Positions 58,592 to 64,000 of a stretch of 64,000 nt of DNA are shown in pieces (positions within the stretch are counted from its first letter, which is position 1; the number at the start of each line of letters is the position of its first letter). The position numbers and the translations under genes are program-made. The DNA comes from a virus. The notes beneath the pieces are model-generated. The model saw only the letters and a list, made by a program, of their open reading frames with translations. It ran no database searches and was not told the DNA's origin. The DNA is taken from IMG/VR virus record IMGVR_UViG_3300043451_000043; one strand, given 5' to 3'.

Positions 58592-58872
58592 CCTTTCAGT
58601 ATGGCCAGCGCCTGCGCTTTGGTTAGCGCGGCTTTGAATACAGGCTCGGCTTCTTCGCACACGCCGTTGACCTCACGCCAAGTATTCGTGCGGTTGTAGT
58701 CTTTCTTGCTCATCATCCAAGTGCCATCAGGTTCAACGAACGCCATGTATTCCACGTGTGTCTTTGTCGTTGTGGTGTAGCCAATGCGGATGCAAGAGTG
58801 GTTTGCGAACTCATCGTACGCAATGCTGATTACCACCCATTGCTTCCTAGCTGGAACAATTACTTTTGCCAT
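58588..58872 (-). CDS. hypothetical small protein
   Basis: 94-aa ORF. Confidence 0.35.
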   Translation of the reverse strand: MAKVIVPARKQWVVISIAYDEFANHSCIRIGYTTTTKTHVEYMAFVEPDGTWMMSKKDYNRTNTWREVNGVCEEAEPVFKAALTKAQALAILKG

Positions 58873-58873
58873 A

Positions 58874-59959
58874 TCACTGTGGCATGTGCAAGGTATCGAA
58901 CACAGTACACAACACGCTGTCCATGTCGTGCGTCTCGGCGAGTGCTTGCCAACGCTTGATAGCCTTGGGCGTGATCTTCTTCTTGTCGAGGAACTTCAAC
59001 GCGAACTCAGGGTCTTCGGGGTACACAGACTCAGCGGCCATCCACAACAACTCGTCAGGCCAACCGAACTCTGCGTCAGTCAACGCGTCTTGCAAGATGC
59101 CCGTGCCAAGCATGTCATCGTCATACGAAGAAAGCCACCAGTTCTTCTTGCCGAACGCAGAGCCTTGGTACTTGTCCTCGACCTCACCAGCTTTCCTACT
59201 CGTAGGAAGTTTGTCCCACTTGATGTTGAGCACAGCTTCACTCAATGCAATGAAGTGTTGAATGTCGAGGGACTCGTGTTCGCTATGCTCACGGGCGTAG
59301 CCTACCGATATGTTGGTGCATTCGGGGATGATGTCAACGAACTCGGCTGTGTCGGTATAGACACCGCTGTCGTCAGGCAGATACATCATGCGCTCGTCTG
59401 CGTTCAATGCGTCAGCTAGTGCTTGGCCAAACGCATCAGAGCAACAACGACCCCACCCTTGGTGTGTGATAACGCTGTCGATACCACGGCGGTCAAAGGC
59501 AATGGCTCGGTCGAACTCACCCAGTAGGTCAGCGTGATGCTCGGCGATATGCTTGGCACCGATGCCGCCACATTCCTCACCCTGCGAGAAGATGTAATAG
59601 CCAGCCACGTCATTGTGAATCAGGTGCATGAGCATTGCACAGCCAGCGCCGTCATCTGCGCCGAGTGGTGCGCCATTCGCGTGCCAATGTGTATCGGTCT
59701 TGCGAATCTTGTTAGCACCTACCTCACGATGCACTGTGTCAACGTGTGAGATGAACAAGGTACGGCTGTCACCATCGTGTCGATTGTCTACGTGCAGGTT
59801 GTCGCAGTCATCGAGGAACGCACGTTCAGCGAGATGCACAGGTAACTCTTGCCACAGCCATTGCGTAAAGAAGTCAACGCTAGGTGTATTGTGTGGTCGC
59901 TTCATAGACAGGCCACGAGCGAGAGTTGTATAGAGGATAGAGTGTTTGTTGAATGTCAT
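58874..59959 (-). CDS. M20/M28/M42-type zinc metallopeptidase-like protein
   Basis: ISHVDTVH (HxDTV), GADDGAG (resembles GADDKAG of peptidase T), SQGEECGGIGA (EE-x-G). Confidence 0.45.
   Translation of the reverse strand: MTFNKHSILYTTLARGLSMKRPHNTPSVDFFTQWLWQELPVHLAERAFLDDCDNLHVDNRHDGDSRTLFISHVDTVHREVGANKIRKTDTHWHANGAPLGADDGAGCAMLMHLIHNDVAGYYIFSQGEECGGIGAKHIAEHHADLLGEFDRAIAFDRRGIDSVITHQGWGRCCSDAFGQALADALNADERMMYLPDDSGVYTDTAEFVDIIPECTNISVGYAREHSEHESLDIQHFIALSEAVLNIKWDKLPTSRKAGEVEDKYQGSAFGKKNWWLSSYDDDMLGTGILQDALTDAEFGWPDELLWMAAESVYPEDPEFALKFLDKKKITPKAIKRWQALAETHDMDSVLCTVFDTLHMPQ
59193..59208. repeat. palindrome TTCCTAC-TC-GTAGGAA (intragenic copy)
   Basis: Perfect 7+2+7 inverted repeat inside the M20-like gene. 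Confidence 0.45.
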
Positions 59960-59990
59960 GATAGTTTCCAGTTGCGGTTAAATTAAAAAG

Positions 59991-60005
59991 TCCTACGTGT
60001 AGGAA
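59991..60005. promoter_or_regulatory. palindrome TCCTAC-GT-GTAGGA (operator/promoter-like site, copy 1)
   Basis: Inverted repeat in the 46-bp spacer upstream of the 58874-59959 gene. Confidence 0.5.
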
Positions 60006-61463
60006 TTACTCAGCGGTTTCGCTGGCTTCGTCTTGCTCAGGTGCATCGTCAGGGTGGTATGTCTCACCATCCACAGTCACAGGCTCGACTTCGCTGTATA
60101 GGTAGTAGTCGGATGTGGCGTAGCATTTCCATGCGTCATCCTCATGCGCCCACTCACCATCGTGCAGTTGCACACAGTTCTTGACTAGGCGGTACTCGCT
60201 GTCGTGTTCGCAGTAGCAGACACGATCATCGTCAGTGGCATACCAATCACCGTCAATACACACGGCGTCATCTTCGGCGCACAGGTCACCGTTATCAAGG
60301 CGCACGAGGCTGTTGTCATCGAGATAGTCGGTGTCTACGTATTCATCCCAGCCCTCGACCCACTCAACGTTGTCCTCGTGGATGTAGCGTTGGTAACCGT
60401 GTCGGCTGTACGCATAGCGGTAGTTGTTGTCAACACACGATGAACACACATGGCTGTCCTCGTCTGCGCCAACCCAGTAGCCGTCACCATCATCGAAGCG
60501 GGTGCCACAGTCCTCACATTCCTCGCTGCCAGCTTCCTCAGTCGTGCCGTCAGTTTGGTTGCAGGTGTAGTCACCGCAGTCAGCGATGAACAAACCCACA
60601 GGCTTGCCATCTACGAACTCAATGTCAACCTCTTGGTTGCAGCCATCGAGATACGGTGCGAGGAAATCTTCGGGGTTGCGGCCACGTGATACGTACTTGA
60701 GCTTGGTGCCCCACGCATAGCCACCACAATGTGCATACCCCTGAGCCTTGAGCCATGCGGCCAGCGTCTCGTCAGCGTTGCTATACCCACCATGCGGGTC
60801 TTTCTTGTAGGTGCGGACGAAATACTTGTTGCCATGCTGGTCGGTGTTGCACAGCGCACGACCCACGGTGTCGCCGTCATAGATACGCACAGCCATGTGC
60901 CAGCCCAAGGTTGGGCAATAGGTTTCGTAGGGGTGACGGCCAGCGTCAGCGCCCCACACCATGCACGAGCGTGGGCCTTTGAGCAGGTGGTAGAGCATTT
61001 CCGCTGTGGTGTGTACGAACTTCATGTCGCTGTTGCTATGCAACGCAACCAAGTCACGCAGTGCATGGTCAGGCAGCATGGTGAAGTGCGCACGTAGGTA
61101 CTTGCCGATGGATGTGACTACCTGACGGTCAGCCTCGCCACTACGCTCGTCCCGTGTGTAGGCCAAGCGGGTGGTGTCAGTCGTGGATTCATGCGGCCAT
61201 TGCAAGAGCAACAGTTGCCAATCGTCAGGCCGTGACATACGCAAAGCCTTACGCACGATGGGGTGCAGTGGATAGCGTTCTTGCTCACGTTGGTGCCATG
61301 CACGTGCTGGTCGTGCGATATACGGCTCACCTAATAGGTGGCGCTGTTGGTACTCAGACCACACATATCGGCGGTCTACCCGTGCGGTGCGCAGGATGCG
61401 AGCGGCTTGGTTAAAGATGTTTTCCATATCATCGGCGTTGTAGCCGTGTTCGATGTATTCCAT
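60006..61463 (-). CDS. hypothetical Cys-rich, highly acidic protein
   Basis: 485 aa. C-terminal half D/E/C/Y-rich with multiple CxxC pairs. Confidence 0.45.
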   Translation of the reverse strand: MEYIEHGYNADDMENIFNQAARILRTARVDRRYVWSEYQQRHLLGEPYIARPARAWHQREQERYPLHPIVRKALRMSRPDDWQLLLLQWPHESTTDTTRLAYTRDERSGEADRQVVTSIGKYLRAHFTMLPDHALRDLVALHSNSDMKFVHTTAEMLYHLLKGPRSCMVWGADAGRHPYETYCPTLGWHMAVRIYDGDTVGRALCNTDQHGNKYFVRTYKKDPHGGYSNADETLAAWLKAQGYAHCGGYAWGTKLKYVSRGRNPEDFLAPYLDGCNQEVDIEFVDGKPVGLFIADCGDYTCNQTDGTTEEAGSEECEDCGTRFDDGDGYWVGADEDSHVCSSCVDNNYRYAYSRHGYQRYIHEDNVEWVEGWDEYVDTDYLDDNSLVRLDNGDLCAEDDAVCIDGDWYATDDDRVCYCEHDSEYRLVKNCVQLHDGEWAHEDDAWKCYATSDYYLYSEVEPVTVDGETYHPDDAPEQDEASETAE

Positions 61464-61497
61464 TTGGATTCCCCTTTCAGTTGCGATAAAGATGTTT

Positions 61498-61513
61498 TTC
61501 CTACGGGTAGGAA
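61498..61513. promoter_or_regulatory. palindrome TTCCTAC-GG-GTAGGAA with adjacent ATAAAGATGTTTTT box
   Basis: Perfect inverted repeat 35 bp upstream of the 60006-61463 gene start. Confidence 0.55.
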
Positions 61514-61514
61514 G

Positions 61515-61733
61515 TTAGGTTGTCCCACCCTTATGGGATGAGTTGAGCCCTTTGAGCAGGGCGTGGTCGGTCACCACGATGTAGTTGCTCTTGGGCATTG
61601 GCACGATGGTGTGCTTCTGTGCTTTGGCCAGCTTCTCGCCGCAGGTCATGCAGGTTCGAAAGCCCAGCTTGGCGCGTGCTGGTGGCACACGCTCGGCATA
61701 ACAGCAGGTGCAGATCAGGTTGTGGTAGTGCAT
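61515..61733 (-). CDS. small zinc-finger protein
   Basis: Start at MHYHNL (same 5' UTR as the 60006-61463 gene). ICTCCY...CMTCGEK. Confidence 0.4.
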   Translation of the reverse strand: MHYHNLICTCCYAERVPPARAKLGFRTCMTCGEKLAKAQKHTIVPMPKSNYIVVTDHALLKGLNSSHKGGTT

Positions 61734-62070
61734 TTGGATTCCCTTCAGTTGCGATGGATTCCCCTGCCGTTGGCAGGGTGGTGCGGTATGCACCGCAAGG
61801 CTGTCTCATAACCAGCCTCACGTTGAATACAGTTGTGTATTGTTGTCCGCTGTACTGTCTCATAACCAGTATGCGCTCGGTTTACATTTTGTTTTGTCGC
61901 TTGTATTGCTTTTCTTGATGTGCTGTTACCACACACCAAGGCCGACTGACTACGGCACGCCTTCTCGCTGAACATTGATGGAATGAACCCATGTGCCAGC
62001 TTCTGTATTTACAGCGGCGGTTTTGTTTACCTGATTGGGGTCAGGTGTGTATAAGATGTTTTTAAAGAAC

Positions 62071-62086
62071 TTCCTACGGGTAGGAA
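62071..62086. promoter_or_regulatory. palindrome TTCCTAC-GG-GTAGGAA with adjacent ATAAGATGTTTTT box
   Basis: Identical to the 61498 copy, with the same flanking box. Heads a ~340-nt leader. Confidence 0.55.
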
Positions 62087-62207
62087 ACTTGCCTACACCA
62101 TTCGAGGGCGATACCTCGACTAATTGGGTATATCTTAACACAGTAAAGGTACCTTGTCAAGTTGGGAAGGCCCAGTTTTGGGGGTTTGCGGCCCCACGGG
62201 CCACCAG

Positions 62208-62627
62208 TTATTCGACCCGCTTGATCTCAAGGTAGGCGCGTTTGTTGTATTCGAATCGGTTGGTGATGAAGGCTTTGTCGAAGTTGGTTCGCTGATAGCT
62301 GCAAGCCACGCGCAGGTTGTTGGCATCGACCATGTGCACCACGAGGTATTCGCCCACGGCCATCTTCTTCAGTTTGTACAGTGCCAGCTTGCGGTCAGGC
62401 TCAAAGAATTTGCTGACCATGTTCGAGCGCCGCGCCAGTTGGTTGCGGTCTTCGCGCTCTTGGGCTTGTGCATCGGTCTCACGCTGGCCGCTGTCTTCCA
62501 GCTCACGGTTCTTCTGCATGATCTCGCTGGACTGCAAGGCGCTGGCTCGTACATCATCAGGTATGTCGTGCAGGGTTGCAAATAGGTCGCCGAGGTCGGC
62601 GCTCAGGGGTGTGTGCTTGGTGTCCAT
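62208..62627 (-). CDS. hypothetical early protein
   Basis: 139 aa, RBS AAAGGAAC. Confidence 0.45.
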   Translation of the reverse strand: MDTKHTPLSADLGDLFATLHDIPDDVRASALQSSEIMQKNRELEDSGQRETDAQAQEREDRNQLARRSNMVSKFFEPDRKLALYKLKKMAVGEYLVVHMVDANNLRVACSYQRTNFDKAFITNRFEYNKRAYLEIKRVE

Positions 62628-62874
62628 GCAGGTTCCTTTACATTGTTAAGGGTGAGTGTTGTGGTAGTGTACCAGAAGTCCATTAGTGTTCCTAAACAGT
62701 CTAAGGCGTTCCAGCCATGTTCTCTAAGCGATAGGAACGGTGAAACGATAATAGAGGTGAGTGGATGTTGACGCTGAGTTGCGTTGCCCACAAAAAAGTC
62801 TAACTAAGTCTAATTTCTGCGGGGTGCGTTTGGCGTTTTTTGGGATGGCGCTCTACCAGACGAACGGACGGAAA

Positions 62875-62890
62875 TTCCTACTAGTAGGAA
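62875..62890. promoter_or_regulatory. palindrome TTCCTAC-TA-GTAGGAA
   Basis: Perfect inverted repeat in the right-end noncoding region. Confidence 0.5.
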
Positions 62891-62945
62891 CATTTACATA
62901 GTAAAGATACCAAAAAGCCCAGCGCCATTTTGGAAATGCCAGAAT

Positions 62946-63000
62946 TATTAGAGAGAGAGATAGATATATATATAAATAGTAGTAGTAGTAGAAGAAAAAG
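62946..63000. repeat. microsatellite-like low-complexity tract (GA)5-(TA)n-(TAG)5-A-rich
   Basis: agagagagagatagatatatatataaatagtagtagtagtagaagaaaaag. Confidence 0.7.
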
Positions 63001-63029
63001 CCCCTGCCAAACATTGCCAACTAATGCAA

Positions 63030-63135
63030 AACATGATTAAACATGATGTTCCGATATACCACTTGGAACGCGTGGGTACAAATTAGACAAATTAGGAACG
63101 CGTAGTTGCGTTGGAACGGCCTAGTTGCATAGGTG
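63030..63135. repeat. iteron-like direct repeats
   Basis: AAACATGAT x2, ACAAATTAG x2, GGAACGCGT x2 plus GGAACGG, TAGTTGC x2. Confidence 0.5.
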
Positions 63136-63220
63136 CATCGGAGCCAAGAAGCCACCAGTTACCAGTTCCCTGAAAGATGGGCGCAAAAAAGCCCGCAGGG
63201 CGTAAACCATGCGGGCAATA

Positions 63221-63251
63221 AAAAACCCCGCTTGCGCGGGGTCTGTGGTTT
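63221..63251 (-). terminator. rho-independent terminator
   Basis: CCCCGC-TTGC-GCGGGG stem with A-run on the + side and T-run on the - strand, directly downstream of the stop of 63269-63736. Confidence 0.6.
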
Positions 63252-63268
63252 TTCCTACGCGGTAGGAA
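63252..63268. promoter_or_regulatory. palindrome TTCCTAC-GCG-GTAGGAA
   Basis: Between the stop codon and the terminator of the 63269-63736 gene. Confidence 0.5.
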
Positions 63269-63736
63269 TTATTCCGAAATTTCGTACCCGTTCGCCGTCA
63301 AATAATCGGCGATGCAACCTGCCAAAGTGTCGGCCTTTGCGTCATCGTATGCGCTTTGAATTTCGGCGGCGAATGTTGCGAAGCCATCGGCACTAAACAT
63401 TTTTGCAACAAACGCGGCGAATTCGGGCGCGGCCTTTTCTTTGCCTTTGCCTTTGGCGCTACCTTTGGATGCACTGAAAGAAAATGGCACATCATCGTTC
63501 ACGGCGGCGACAAACGCCGTCACATAATTGGCGTAAGTCTTGGCCGTTTTGCCTTTGAACGCGGCGGCCATTGCATCCATCAAGGCCATGCGATTCGAAC
63601 AAGTGGCCTTTGACTTTCCAAACTTAACGCCCGCTTTGCGAAGCTCGGCAACCTTTGTTGCGATTATTTCCAAAGCGTTAGCGCCCGCGTGAATGGCGAT
63701 GGCGGCTGACTTGATGGTGTCGATAGAGTTTGTCAT
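63269..63736 (-). CDS. hypothetical early protein (A/K-rich)
   Basis: Start at MTNSIDT with RBS AAAGGGGAA. 156 aa. Confidence 0.45.
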   Translation of the reverse strand: MTNSIDTIKSAAIAIHAGANALEIIATKVAELRKAGVKFGKSKATCSNRMALMDAMAAAFKGKTAKTYANYVTAFVAAVNDDVPFSFSASKGSAKGKGKEKAAPEFAAFVAKMFSADGFATFAAEIQSAYDDAKADTLAGCIADYLTANGYEISE

Positions 63737-63855
63737 AAGATGTTTCCCCTTTGGTATCGGTGGCATGAGTTGCCATACCTTGAACCGATGACTCTATTGT
63801 GCCTAAGTTTAATGCGTTTGTCAAGCGTTATCTATCGCGTGATGTTGTTTCGTGT

Positions 63856-63871
63856 TTCCTACCCGTAGGAA
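63856..63871. promoter_or_regulatory. palindrome TTCCTAC-CC-GTAGGAA
   Basis: About 120 bp upstream of the 63736 start. A TTGACA hexamer (on the - strand) lies ~35 bp further toward the gene. Confidence 0.5.
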
Positions 63872-64000
63872 AAAGTGACCAGTTCCCCGCGACCCCACCG
63901 CACCCCCACCATCCCGCTGGGGATTGGGACTCCGCCACTTCCCTTACATTGTGTTACACACGAACGATGACCAGACAAAACCAAATTGGGCGCCCAGCCC

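Noticed and set aside
62941-63000. (GA)n/(TA)n/(TAG)n tract as a CRISPR array or other defence repeat
   Set aside because: There are no repeat-spacer units of 25-40 bp, only short homopolymeric microsatellite units and no cas genes. It is retained only as a candidate AT-rich unwinding element or artefact.
63133-63396. 87-aa + strand ORF in the right-end region
   Set aside because: It overlaps the terminator, a palindrome and the 3' end of the better-supported - strand gene 63269-63736. The product is an Arg-rich low-complexity translation.
59193-63871. TTCCTAC-N2-3-GTAGGAA palindromes as RNA hairpin terminators
   Set aside because: A 7-bp stem closed by a 2-3-nt loop is sterically unfavourable, and there is no adjacent U-run except at 63252 where a separate GC hairpin terminator exists. 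The symmetry fits a dimeric protein-binding site better.
1-64000. Integrase, excisionase or attachment site indicating a prophage; transposase or IS elements
   Set aside because: No tyrosine/serine recombinase motifs, transposase DDE signatures or terminal inverted repeats were recognised. The small HTH proteins are not sufficient evidence for lysogeny. The lifestyle is left undetermined.

Overview
The window looks like most of a tailed dsDNA phage genome. GC is about 55-57 %, coding density is very high, and many genes overlap by ATGA, consistent with a Gram-negative host. There are two convergent transcription blocks. Roughly 1-35,100 on the + strand carries the late genes: a terminase small-subunit fragment, terminase large subunit, portal, scaffold, decoration-like proteins, major capsid protein, a GT2-like glycosyltransferase and a family of seven small lysine-rich proteins. 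This late block continues with adaptor/tail proteins, tail fibres, a lysis cassette (holin candidates, embedded Rz/Rz1 spanins, GH19 endolysin), then internal virion proteins including a GNAT acetyltransferase and a ~1935-aa protein with an HExxH motif. Roughly 35,170-63,770 on the - strand carries the replication and early genes. Recognisable products are a Prim-Pol/SF3 primase-helicase, an SF2 helicase, a family A DNA polymerase, a Cas4-like Fe-S nuclease, HNH, VRR-NUC and a DnaQ-like exonuclease. This block also carries a dGTP_diPhyd_N-like protein, an SPFH lipoprotein, a MoxR AAA+ plus VWA-metallopeptidase pair and an M20-like peptidase. About 20 genes in this block have no recognisable function. 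The two blocks meet at a hairpin terminator near 35,100. The right end (59.9-63.9 kb) is the regulatory hub. It has seven copies of a perfect palindrome TTCCTAC-N2-3-GTAGGAA placed before individual early genes, duplicated 5' UTRs, a microsatellite-like AT-rich tract next to iteron-like repeats (candidate origin), and a 340-nt leader with 15-bp direct repeats. No tRNA, CRISPR array, integrase or transposase was recognised. Everything was assigned by eye from motifs; no database search was possible.
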